This document shows, one piece after another, positions 16,878 to 24,909 of a stretch of DNA of 32,000 nt. Position 1 is the stretch's first letter, and each line of letters begins with the position of its first letter. The position numbers were made by a program, and so were the translations under genes. This DNA is from Candidatus Poseidoniaceae archaeon (lineage in GTDB: Archaea; Thermoplasmatota; Poseidoniia; Poseidoniales; Poseidoniaceae), in the NCBI GenBank assembly GCA_943789275.1, contig CALSTM010000002.1, positions 570,001-602,000 on the forward strand, in the 5' to 3' direction. The notes beneath the pieces are model-generated. The model had not been told where the DNA came from. It did no database searches and saw nothing but the letters and a program-made list of their open reading frames with translations.

Positions 16878-19349
16878 TCACAACTCGACGGTGGAATCCT
16901 TCGAACATGAAGGGCAAGCGACAATCACTTTGGTTACGCCCGCTGGCATTTGAATTGCAAACACTGTAGAGCACTCGCTGCATGTGACTCGGGTCTGTGC
17001 CGGCTGTGGAGTCGGTTCGGGCACAGGAGCGGGTTGAGGTGGAGGGGTTTTGGTTGGATTCATGACACCTTCTGGAAGAGTGACTCCACCGCTCTTAACA
17101 ACAGTTTGAACGGGAGCGGATGGAGTCAATTCGTTGAGGACTTGAGGCGGTGGTGACTGGGCCACTGGTTGCGAGAGTGGCGCTGGTGATTCGTCGTTGA
17201 ACAACGCCATAGCGTCTGCTGCTGCGGCTTGACTGCCGGCTGAAACGGTTCTGGAAGCAAACGAGGGTGGAGCAAACGCTCCTTGTGATGTTGGCGCAAC
17301 TGAAGGCTCAGTCCCGTAAATAGCGGCCATTTCAGCAGCTTTGGCTTGTTCCTCTTTCGAAGAAGTGGATTGGACGTTGGTGTTGTCCAGTCCTGCAAGT
17401 GCTACTGCCGAAGAAAACAAGGGGAGCTTACGAGAACTCGCCACGCCTGCGAGGTGGGCTTGTGCTTCCGGCTCACTTAGTCCGCGGTCAACAAGAAGTT
17501 GCATAGCGATTCCTTTTTGCCAGCGCCGGTGGCCGATGAGTGCCACACCCATGGTGATTGCTCCAATGAACAAGACAACCATCAAAATTCCTGCGAGACT
17601 TCCTTTATCCGCAGCGTCTTCGATGGTCACCGTGAAGGCGTGACTGTCTGAGTTATTCGACTGATCAAAAACGGTGAGAACAACATCATAACTCCCCGAT
17701 TTGGAGAACAGTAATTCTGCTGTAGAACCGCTCAAATCAGCGTCATCTCGAGTGTTTCCATTTCCATCCGTATCCACGTTTGGGCTGAGGTCCCAATGGT
17801 ATCGCAATAATGCACTTGGGTCATAGGAATCTTTGGCTGAAACACTGCAGGTCATCGCATCATCCACCAAACCTGAAGACGGAAGAAGGTCGAGAGTCGC
17901 TTGCTCAAGAACAGGTAAAGTGGTGTCTGTTACCGTAATCGAGGTCGAAATCGAATTGGTATTACCGGAGGGGTCTGCCACGGTGAGCGTCACGGTGTGC
18001 AAGCCAATATCGTTCCATGAAAGAGTGATTGAATTGTTTTGGCCAAAAGGCATGCCATCAAGATTCCATGAACATGAATTTACTTGGTCATCGTCGGTAC
18101 TTCCGTCGCAATTGAGCACGATGGATTGGTTGGTCACCAATTTCCAACCGCCGCTGATGGGTTGGGCATTACCACCGATTCGGGCAACTGGATTGACGAC
18201 ATCGGTCACCGAAATGACAGAAGAAGTGGAAGCAACCTCGCCAATGGGGGAAGTAACCGTCAATGTCACGGTGCGTTCCCCTGGGGTCGTCCAAATGGCA
18301 AGGGCCTCCCAACCGGTAGCGTCGGCGTCGTTGCTTTTGTCACCGTCTCCGTCGGTGTCCAAATTGGCATCAAAATCCCATGAAGCGGATGAAACCTGAT
18401 TGAGGCGGTTCGGAGTGGACATAGCATTGAGTGATACTGCGCTTCCAATGATGGTTGTGCCGTTGGAATCGTCGTTGATGACTGGATTCAACTGCGGAGC
18501 AAATTCGATACGAACCGTCATTCGTATCGGAAGCGTTCCGTCAGCCCCGCCGACAGGGGTATCGGTATTGTCAGCGATGAGGTAAAGCGCCTCTCCATCC
18601 AATTCGTTCGGAACAACCCAGGAGAAGGAATCTGAGCCTTCGACTGAACGTAGACTGGCACCCGTGATGAAAAGAGAACCAACGCCACCCGAAGTGTACA
18701 AATCGTTCATGCCTTGGGTTTGGAGATAGACATCAGCGGTGCCTTCAAGCGACCAAGCAGAAACGACGACGGTCGTCCCAGAGTCGAGGCGGAAGTCGTC
18801 ACCGGAAAGCAGTGTTTTTGAGGTGTCACTTTCCATGCCAATAACATCGTGGAAAGGAGTCCAATACGATTCTGAGATTTTAGAGACGGTCAAACTGGCG
18901 CGGCTGTCAGCGCCTCCTTGGTCGCCCGAACCTTGGTCACCCGAATGGGCTGCATTATCGAAGACAATGTACCATGACTTGGAAGTAATGGACGGTGGAA
19001 CTTTCCAATGAAACTCAAAACTTCCAAGTGCAAATTCAGTCGAAGGAACTTGTTCGTACGATGAGCGATAGGATTGTCCTAAATCATAGGGCTGAATTGA
19101 GTTCTGATCAAACACAAGAACATCAAGAGCGTCTTGACTCACGATGATCGAAAGGTCATACACATCACCTGGAGTCAGTACGCCAAGATTGATTTTAATG
19201 CAAGCGCCGTCGCCAATGACAGTAGCACTTGAGAATGCCTCAGGAGTGTCGTTCAAGCAATTCGGCTGTGCACGGCCTTCCGCCGCTATCGCAGTGGCTG
19301 GAAGCAGCATTGTGCAGAGGAGAAGCGCGACAAAGACGGCTGAACGCAT
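16878..19349 (-). CDS. Type I membrane protein: secreted N-domain, three PKD-like domains, TM helix, 216-aa low-complexity cytoplasmic tail ending in a CxxC...CxxC zinc ribbon
   Basis: Signal peptide MRSAVFVALLLCTMLLPATAIAA from ATG 19349; the track start GTG 19373 is an alternative. PKD-like repeats are WDFDANLDTDGDGD...VTLTVTSP, CSWNLDG...HTVTLTVADPSGN and YHWDLSPNVDTDGNGN...VVLTVFDQSNN. The TM helix is LAGILMVVLFIGAITMGVALIGH (17529-17597). The tail ends in RVTCSECSTVFAIQMPAGVTKVIVACPSCSKD. Confidence 0.85.
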   Translation of the reverse strand: MRSAVFVALLLCTMLLPATAIAAEGRAQPNCLNDTPEAFSSATVIGDGACIKINLGVLTPGDVYDLSIIVSQDALDVLVFDQNSIQPYDLGQSYRSSYEQVPSTEFALGSFEFHWKVPPSITSKSWYIVFDNAAHSGDQGSGDQGGADSRASLTVSKISESYWTPFHDVIGMESDTSKTLLSGDDFRLDSGTTVVVSAWSLEGTADVYLQTQGMNDLYTSGGVGSLFITGASLRSVEGSDSFSWVVPNELDGEALYLIADNTDTPVGGADGTLPIRMTVRIEFAPQLNPVINDDSNGTTIIGSAVSLNAMSTPNRLNQVSSASWDFDANLDTDGDGDKSNDADATGWEALAIWTTPGERTVTLTVTSPIGEVASTSSVISVTDVVNPVARIGGNAQPISGGWKLVTNQSIVLNCDGSTDDDQVNSCSWNLDGMPFGQNNSITLSWNDIGLHTVTLTVADPSGNTNSISTSITVTDTTLPVLEQATLDLLPSSGLVDDAMTCSVSAKDSYDPSALLRYHWDLSPNVDTDGNGNTRDDADLSGSTAELLFSKSGSYDVVLTVFDQSNNSDSHAFTVTIEDAADKGSLAGILMVVLFIGAITMGVALIGHRRWQKGIAMQLLVDRGLSEPEAQAHLAGVASSRKLPLFSSAVALAGLDNTNVQSTSSKEEQAKAAEMAAIYGTEPSVAPTSQGAFAPPSFASRTVSAGSQAAAADAMALFNDESPAPLSQPVAQSPPPQVLNELTPSAPVQTVVKSGGVTLPEGVMNPTKTPPPQPAPVPEPTPQPAQTRVTCSECSTVFAIQMPAGVTKVIVACPSCSKDSTVEL
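18916..18945. repeat. 15-bp in-frame tandem duplication (2 copies) inside the PKD-protein gene
   Basis: ccttggtcgcccgaa is followed directly by ccttggtcacccgaa, a single mismatch. On the minus strand this encodes SGDQG-SGDQG. Confidence 0.8.
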
Positions 19350-19394
19350 ATACCGCTGTATGCTGTTGTCCACTTCAATGATGTGGCCGTTTGC

Positions 19395-20525
19395 TCAAGA
19401 GGACCAACCGTCATCGTTCCAAAACAAATGGGCAATGTTACCGTTTTCCCGGATAATTATTCGGTCCCCATCGGAGGCTGAAGTGACGGCTAAATCACCG
19501 CTTGACGCTTCCTTAATCGCTTCATTAAGAGAGATTGAGGCGTCCTTGAGGCGTGCGCTAAAATGAGTGAGGACCAGATGGCGCGCTGAACATGCTTCGG
19601 CAGTTCTGGCCGCACCGGTACTGGTGCAGTGGAGGAACTCATCCGCCCATTGCTGTGCATCGTCAAGAAAAGTCGCTTCGTGAACCAATACATCAACCTC
19701 AGAAAGAGAAGTCAACCCTTCTGCCATTTCAGCGGTGTCTCCAGAAATCACCATTCGCGTCGAGGGGCGATGCTCCCCCCGGAAATCTGTCGCTTTCAGC
19801 AATGTGCCGTCATCGAGTTCGAGGTCCTTTCCAGATGAAAGGTGTCCCTTCTGGGCGTCGGTAAGTTTCATCTCAGCCGCTTTCAAGCGATTGAATTTAC
19901 CCGGGCTGCCTTTGGATTCAACCATCCATCCGCACGATGGAACAGTATGCCGAGTCGCAACAGGGTAGATTCGATTTTTCTTCCAGCCGTTTGGTTGAGG
20001 CATTTCCTTTACTTCCACCGGTCGTTGCCCAGGAATTAATTCGAGCCAACGGTCACCTGCTACATCTCCGAGCACCCATTGCACTGGATATCCGAGGTCT
20101 TCAGTCGTAGCACCAAGCGATTGCCAGATGCGCATTTGCCGTGCTAATTCAGCGTTCGGAGCAGATGCAGGGATTTCGTTGGTGAGAAGAAGTGAGTCAA
20201 AAACTTCTTTCGAGGTCGGTCCAAGAAGAAGGAGAGGCGTTACTCGCTTATCCAAAGCCATCGTATGCATCCATGGAAGAAGCCCCCATGTGTGGTCAAG
20301 ATGACCGTGCGTTAAGCAAACGACGTTGATTCTTGATGCACGGAGCGTTGTGCCCTTCTCGAAGTTCTTGAGGCGTTTGCGTTGTTCTGCATATCGGGTT
20401 TGAAAACCTTCACCTGCATCGATAACTGCGATTCCATCGTCGCAATGAATCAGACTTCCGCTGACTTGCCTTTTTCTGGTAGGGCGAGCAGATGAAGTGC
20501 CGAGAATGTGTACTTCCATGCTCAT
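19395..20525 (-). CDS. rnz: Ribonuclease Z (tRNA 3' endonuclease, metallo-beta-lactamase fold)
   Basis: ILGTSSARPT...IDAGEGFQ...CLTHGHLDHTWGL is the HxHxDH motif. The region GWMVESKGSPGKFNRLKAAEMKL...VISGDT...VLVHEATF...LTHFSARL is collinear, as I recall it, with Bacillus RNase Z including the flexible-arm region. Confidence 0.85.
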   Translation of the reverse strand: MSMEVHILGTSSARPTRKRQVSGSLIHCDDGIAVIDAGEGFQTRYAEQRKRLKNFEKGTTLRASRINVVCLTHGHLDHTWGLLPWMHTMALDKRVTPLLLLGPTSKEVFDSLLLTNEIPASAPNAELARQMRIWQSLGATTEDLGYPVQWVLGDVAGDRWLELIPGQRPVEVKEMPQPNGWKKNRIYPVATRHTVPSCGWMVESKGSPGKFNRLKAAEMKLTDAQKGHLSSGKDLELDDGTLLKATDFRGEHRPSTRMVISGDTAEMAEGLTSLSEVDVLVHEATFLDDAQQWADEFLHCTSTGAARTAEACSARHLVLTHFSARLKDASISLNEAIKEASSGDLAVTSASDGDRIIIRENGNIAHLFWNDDGWSS

Positions 20526-20534
20526 GAAATCAAC

Positions 20535-20795
20535 TCAGCTTTGGAGAGGTATCGGCGTTTGGGGGAACCAACGCAACAGAACGATGCGATCAATGGCTCG
20601 AACCCATCGCCAAGGAACCGCAACGTGAACCGAACCTTCAACCAGGTCTTCTTCGGTATCGCGAACAAACAGATGCGTACAATTCAATCCATTGACATCG
20701 ACCACGGCATCGTGAACGACGCCCAACCGACGGCCATCCGGCAGATAGACCTCAAGACCGGTGAGGCGGGATACTGAATCTTCACCCTCAACCAT
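20535..20795 (-). CDS. PRC-barrel domain protein
   Basis: MVEGEDSVSRLTGLEVYLPDGRRLGVVHDAVVDVNGLNCTHLFV...VAVPWRWVRAIDRIVLL fits the PRC-barrel pattern. ATG 20795 has a GAGGGA SD, whereas the track start at 20831 is TTG. Confidence 0.6.
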   Translation of the reverse strand: MVEGEDSVSRLTGLEVYLPDGRRLGVVHDAVVDVNGLNCTHLFVRDTEEDLVEGSVHVAVPWRWVRAIDRIVLLRWFPQTPIPLQS

Positions 20796-21010
20796 TGGTA
20801 TCCCTCGGTAAATCCACGAGTCGAGGGGCAATAAAAGAAACCCTCGTTTTTGTTTTTTTCAACCCAATCACGCAGTGTGAGCATAAGCATCCCTGGAATG
20901 CAAAATCGAATGAATACTCAGACCAATAAAGTCTACATCGACGCAAAAATTTGCATGAGAACCCATCAACATCGGGACTTTTCAAAGGCTGGGGTTATGA
21001 ATGCCGGTAT

Positions 21011-22186
21011 TTACAGCGTTTCAAGAGCATTCACAAGGTCTTGCCAGAGGTCTTCCATATCTTCGATACCAACCGATAAGCGAATCAAGCCCGGCGTCAT
21101 TCCTGCATCATAGCGCTGCTTTTCTGGAATTGCTGCATGCGTCATCGTCCATGGATGGTTGATGAGCGATTCGATTCCACCCAAACTTTCTGCCGTTGCA
21201 AACAGTTTCAACTGTGCTGCAAACGCACGAGCTCCTGCTTCCCCACCTTTGACCTCTAACGAAATGATGCCACCAAAGGCGTTCATTTGTCGCTGTGCGA
21301 TTTCATGGGTTGGATGGCTTTTCAGGCCAGGATAAAACAGCCGTGTGACCTTTTCATTGTCTTGCAATCGCTCTGCCAACGTCTGTGCACTTTCACAATG
21401 ACGGTTCATTCGCAAAGCGAGCGTTCGCAGTCCTCGGAGAATAAGGAAACAATCCATCGGTGCCGGCACAGCACCGACGGCATTTTGCAAGAATGAGATC
21501 TTTTCAGCAAGTTCCTTGCTTTGGGTGATTAAACATCCACCGATGACATCACTGTGGCCACCGATGTACTTGGTCGTTGAATGAACGATGATGTCAGCGC
21601 CCAACTCAAACGGGCGTTGTAGAATTGGAGTGGCAAAGGTCGAATCAACAACGACGATGAGCCCGTGTTCTTTTGCTTCAGCAGCCAAGGATTTGATATC
21701 ATGAACGGTGAGAAGTGGATTGGTCGGACTTTCAAGCCAGAGAATTTTTGAGTTCTCACGAACAACTTTGCCAAGGTCTCCGCTTTTCAAGGGAGAATAA
21801 CTTGTTTCAATGCCGAAACGTGATGCAATTTGGTCAAATAAGCGAACTGTGCCACCGTACAGATCGTCGCACGCAATCACATGGTCGCCTTGTTTGAGCA
21901 TTTGACTGATGGTTGTAATCGCTGCCATTCCGCTTCCAAAGCAAAACCCATACGCTTCTTGATGAGGTGATTCCATTTCAGCGAGGGCTCGTTGAAGAGC
22001 ATTTCGAGTGGGGTTGTCTCCACGTGCATATTCATATCCAAGGTGGTCTGCAAAGTCGTTCTGCACATAGGTAGAGGTTTGAAAAATAGGGGTGTGAACA
22101 GAGCCTGTCGTCACTTCAGGGTCCAAGGAGGAATGAACGCAGCGGGTTGAATCTCCAGTCATTTCACCACTCCCATCCATCGACAT
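21011..22186 (-). CDS. Cystathionine gamma-lyase/gamma-synthase family PLP enzyme (Cys/Met metabolism)
   Basis: 391-aa ORF with HSTTKYIGGHSDVIGG (PLP-lysine motif) and a YEYARGDNPTR-type N-terminal region. It overlaps or abuts the upstream CBS gene; an alternative ATG at 22162 lies 1 nt after the CBS stop. Confidence 0.9.
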   Translation of the reverse strand: MSMDGSGEMTGDSTRCVHSSLDPEVTTGSVHTPIFQTSTYVQNDFADHLGYEYARGDNPTRNALQRALAEMESPHQEAYGFCFGSGMAAITTISQMLKQGDHVIACDDLYGGTVRLFDQIASRFGIETSYSPLKSGDLGKVVRENSKILWLESPTNPLLTVHDIKSLAAEAKEHGLIVVVDSTFATPILQRPFELGADIIVHSTTKYIGGHSDVIGGCLITQSKELAEKISFLQNAVGAVPAPMDCFLILRGLRTLALRMNRHCESAQTLAERLQDNEKVTRLFYPGLKSHPTHEIAQRQMNAFGGIISLEVKGGEAGARAFAAQLKLFATAESLGGIESLINHPWTMTHAAIPEKQRYDAGMTPGLIRLSVGIEDMEDLWQDLVNALETL

Positions 22187-23219
22187 CGAATCCGTTATCC
22201 CTTAACCAGTCATCGTTGTAGACTTTTCCAAGATAGGGATTTCCAGCATCAGGTAAAACGACAACAATCTTTGCCTTTTCTCCAACCTTATCGTGTTCAG
22301 CAGCAATATCCAGTGCAATCTGTAATGCTCCGCCGCATGAACCGCCGCAGAACAAACCCTCTTGCTTAGCCAGACGTCGAGCCATTCGGAAACAAATCTC
22401 GTCATCAACCATTCGAATTTCATCAATCACTGAAAAGTCAGTCGCTGGTGGAATAAAGTCTTCACCAAATCCCTCAACTTTGTATCCATGAGGTACGCCC
22501 ATGGTTCCTTCTTCGAACCATTGTTTGAGAATTGAGCCCTCTGCATCGACGCCAACAACTCTTGGAGCGTCTTTACCGTGTTCTTCTGCTTGCGATTTGA
22601 GATATTTTCCGCATCCGGTAATGGTGCCGCCAGTCCCCATCGTTGCCACAAAGTGGGTGATGTCGCCTTGAGTCTGTTGCCAAAGTTCCGGTCCAGTCGA
22701 AAGAATGTGCGCTTTCGGATTTGATTGATTGGAGTACTGATCGGGATACCATGCTCCTTCAATCTCCTTGCTCAGTCGCTCAGCGACCATATAGTACGAA
22801 CGAGGGTCTTCTTTTTCGACTGCAGTCGGACAAATTTCAACCCGTGCACCCATGGCACGCAGCAAGTCGATTTTCTCCTTCGCCATCTTATCGGGCATGG
22901 TGAAGACACACTTGTATCCTCGTTGTGCTGCAACCATCGCAAGTCCAATACCGGTATTGCCACTGGTTCCTTCAACAATGGTTCCACCGGGCTTGAGCCA
23001 ACCTTTTTCTTCAGCTTCCAAAATCATAGCAAGGCCAATTCGGTCTTTGATTGAGCCACCTGGACTGCAACGTTCGAGTTTCGCCCAAACTTCAGAGCCC
23101 GACAAGTCGGCAGTCACCTTATTCAAACGAATCAGAGGCGTGTGACCAATCGCTGAAACCACATCTTCGTAAACGCCATGAGGGAGGGACATGTTGATTG
23201 CCAACAAACTCTGGTTCAT
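22164..23219 (-). CDS. Cystathionine beta-synthase-type PLP enzyme (catalytic core only, no heme or Bateman domains)
   Basis: GHTPLIRLNK...PGGSIKDRIGLAMI...GTSGNTGIGLAMVAA...YKVEGFGEDFIP...QEGLFCGGSCGG...LPDAGNPYLGKVYNDDWL is collinear, as I recall it, with the human CBS catalytic core. Start is ATG 23219 or 23192. I reject the 5' 105-113 codons of the track ORF (see noticed_but_rejected). Confidence 0.9.
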   Translation of the reverse strand: MNQSLLAINMSLPHGVYEDVVSAIGHTPLIRLNKVTADLSGSEVWAKLERCSPGGSIKDRIGLAMILEAEEKGWLKPGGTIVEGTSGNTGIGLAMVAAQRGYKCVFTMPDKMAKEKIDLLRAMGARVEICPTAVEKEDPRSYYMVAERLSKEIEGAWYPDQYSNQSNPKAHILSTGPELWQQTQGDITHFVATMGTGGTITGCGKYLKSQAEEHGKDAPRVVGVDAEGSILKQWFEEGTMGVPHGYKVEGFGEDFIPPATDFSVIDEIRMVDDEICFRMARRLAKQEGLFCGGSCGGALQIALDIAAEHDKVGEKAKIVVVLPDAGNPYLGKVYNDDWLRDNGFDVDGWEW

Positions 23220-23382
23220 CAGGCTTTTCAACTTCAGTGATAAGCCGTCAGAGGTCGAATTGAGAACAAAGCGAAGCATAACGGTGCATAAGTGGCTTGC
23301 ATATACGCACGAGGGAGGTTCCAAAACGCCATTGTGCTTGAACCCGACATTCACCAGGATCCGCAGCCCGTTCTGTTCGTGC

Positions 23383-23525
23383 GTAGGCAGTGTACTGGCC
23401 GACTGAACACCCATTGTACTCCTCCATAATGTCTTGAGGGGTTTGAGAGAACCCTCGCGATTTCGTGGAAATGATATGTCGGTTGTCTGTATCAACCCAC
23501 AGGAGACGGTGTGTATTTTTTCCTG
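23383..23525. repeat. Direct repeat copy A (about 143 bp), non-coding, in the 5' region upstream of the CBS gene
   Basis: Manual alignment with 24648-24789 gives about 7 substitutions and 3 single-base indels. It contains the hairpins GGTTG-7nt-CAACC and GAGGG...CCCTC, and ends in a T6 run on the plus strand. Confidence 0.85.
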
Positions 23526-23608
23526 TCCCAACCTTGCACGAAAATCACATAACAGCCTAAGTCATACGTCAATCGTGTGGACAGATGAGCAATGAGTTGA
23601 ACAAGAAA

Positions 23609-24013
23609 TTACTCATCGCTCTTACCCATGCGGTAAGCATTGATTACTGCTCTTGCTATTGCTTCGGGATCGTTGTTGATCTGCTTGTCAATTTTTACGC
23701 CCCCCATTATTGAATCACCGATCATCACTGAATCTGTAAGAGACAGTGACTTTCCATCGCCTTCATCTTTGGATTCTGAACTCTCTTGTATAATTTTATC
23801 AAAATGGGATTTGGATTCCTTGATTTGTTTTATTTCAGAATCTTTTTCTTGAACTTCAATTTCTAGCGTCACGACCTTTTGTTTAGTTTCATCTAATTCA
23901 GATTTCAAACCTTCAGCGGCTTGAACTGCTTGTTTCAGTTGTAAATCCATCGCTTGAAGTACAGCCGCAAAAGTGGTAGGTTCGTTACTTTCTACTCTTG
24001 ATGTAGGGGGCAT
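23609..24013 (-). CDS. Hypothetical coiled-coil protein (134 aa), low-GC
   Basis: ORF with a heptad-like, E/K/Q-rich central segment (LKQAVQAAEGLKSELDETKQKVVTLEIEVQEKDSEIKQIKESK). I recognise no family. It is the only long ORF in this interval. Confidence 0.55.
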   Translation of the reverse strand: MPPTSRVESNEPTTFAAVLQAMDLQLKQAVQAAEGLKSELDETKQKVVTLEIEVQEKDSEIKQIKESKSHFDKIIQESSESKDEGDGKSLSLTDSVMIGDSIMGGVKIDKQINNDPEAIARAVINAYRMGKSDE

Positions 24014-24124
24014 TGGTGACGAAGTCGCGTGTACTGCTCGAATCGGAAAACTCCTCCCTCCTCAGGAAGTTCTCCAAGGAGTAATTTCCATCTCGCATCT
24101 CTCATTCGTTTGATGAGCAATATC

Positions 24125-24508
24125 TCATTGTATGAGTGCGAACAGTGCAAAACACAAAACTGTAAAACAGAGTCCAATGTAGGGCCATCTTAATTCCGAA
24201 ATGGAGGACGGTTCAATCCAATCTCCACGAACAGGGTCATAGTTTTTAAAGGCAAACAACTGGGTAAAACTTTCCTGTGCATCGAACATTGCAATAAAAT
24301 TAATTTCAGTTATTAAGCATCCAGCAATGATGATTAGGAGCAAAATGTAAATGATAGTATTAATTTGTCTTGTAGCTCCCAATTCCCGTTGAGAAATGTC
24401 TGAAGAATATGTTTTCCGCTTTCCTGTAATATACCACAATAATACTATTGAAGCGAAAAGTGTCAAGAAACCCAACCATATGAACAATTCATTCTCTGAC
24501 ATAGACAT
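24125..24508 (-). CDS. Hypothetical small membrane protein (127 aa, about 3 TM helices), low-GC
   Basis: Hydrophobic segments are LFIWLGFLTLFASIVLLWYI, IIYILLLIIIAGCLITEINFIAMF and WPYIGLCFTVLCFALFALI. An A/T-rich TATA-like stretch lies about 22-31 nt upstream of the ATG. Confidence 0.55.
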   Translation of the reverse strand: MSMSENELFIWLGFLTLFASIVLLWYITGKRKTYSSDISQRELGATRQINTIIYILLLIIIAGCLITEINFIAMFDAQESFTQLFAFKNYDPVRGDWIEPSSISELRWPYIGLCFTVLCFALFALIQ

Positions 24509-24647
24509 TTCAATACTTGATTTGATTTAGTTATGTTGATAACAAATTAAGTATGGGATTCAAGGAACATTCATTTTACAATTAGAGTCAGAACCCAATT
24601 TGCCGCAACCCCTCCGTACACCCTCTGTATAGGCGTATCATGAGACG

Positions 24648-24789
24648 GTAGGCGAGTGTACTGGGGGACTGAACACCCATTGTACTCTTCCATAATGTCT
24701 TGAGGGGTTTGAAGAACCCTTGCGATTTCGTGGAAATGATATGTCGGTTGTCTGTATCAACCCACAAGAGACGGTGTGAATTTTTCTTG
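24648..24789. repeat. Direct repeat copy B (about 142 bp), upstream of the small membrane-protein gene
   Basis: Same orientation as copy A, with starts 1265 bp apart. See copy A for the alignment. Indels break every reading frame shared between the two copies. Confidence 0.85.
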
Positions 24790-24909
24790 AACACTTGAGG
24801 GTTTTCTGTTTATACCCTTGCGAGACATCGGACACAATATGGATATTTTCAATCATCATTACCTATTGCTATCAAGCCTGGTGAACGAGCAACTGTTTAG
24901 CAATGTAGG

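Noticed and set aside
20843-20858. T-rich tract cgtttttgtttttttc between the CGL and PRC-barrel genes as a terminator
   Set aside because: The T run is on the plus strand, while both flanking genes are on the minus strand, where it reads as an A run. It more likely belongs to the A/T-rich promoter region (CTTTTATT box) of the PRC-barrel gene.
23400-23432. Short peptide MEEYNGCSV(G/P)QYT encoded on the minus strand of both repeat copies, with a synonymous GAG/GAA change
   Set aside because: The two copies diverge completely after about 13 codons. There is no SD or TATA at a suitable distance. One synonymous difference is not evidence of selection.
23383-23525. The repeat as a tRNA fragment, 5S rRNA, C/D-box or H/ACA sRNA
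   Set aside because: I found no T-loop (GTTCRANYC) or acceptor pairing. Resemblance to 5S (CAUUUC..GAA, GAGUAC) is only short and patchy. I found no proper RUGAUGA/CUGA box pairs. The RNA family therefore stays unassigned rather than called.
23220-23531. 5' extension of the CBS ORF (track ORF 22164..23531, MGQEKIHTVSCGLIQTTD...)
   Set aside because: The extension runs through repeat copy A. The homologous stretch in copy B is broken into two frames by a 1-nt indel, so it is not conserved as coding. CBS/CysK homology begins at ...VYEDVVSAIGHTPLIRL, just after ATG 23219/23192.
23992-24177. 61-aa minus-strand ORF bridging the two small islet genes, and other 60-90-aa ORFs in the intergenic regions (for example 24588..24794, 24638..24859, 26116..26301)
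   Set aside because: They overlap better-supported genes or the non-coding repeat. They lack SD or TATA signals and have no recognisable motifs.
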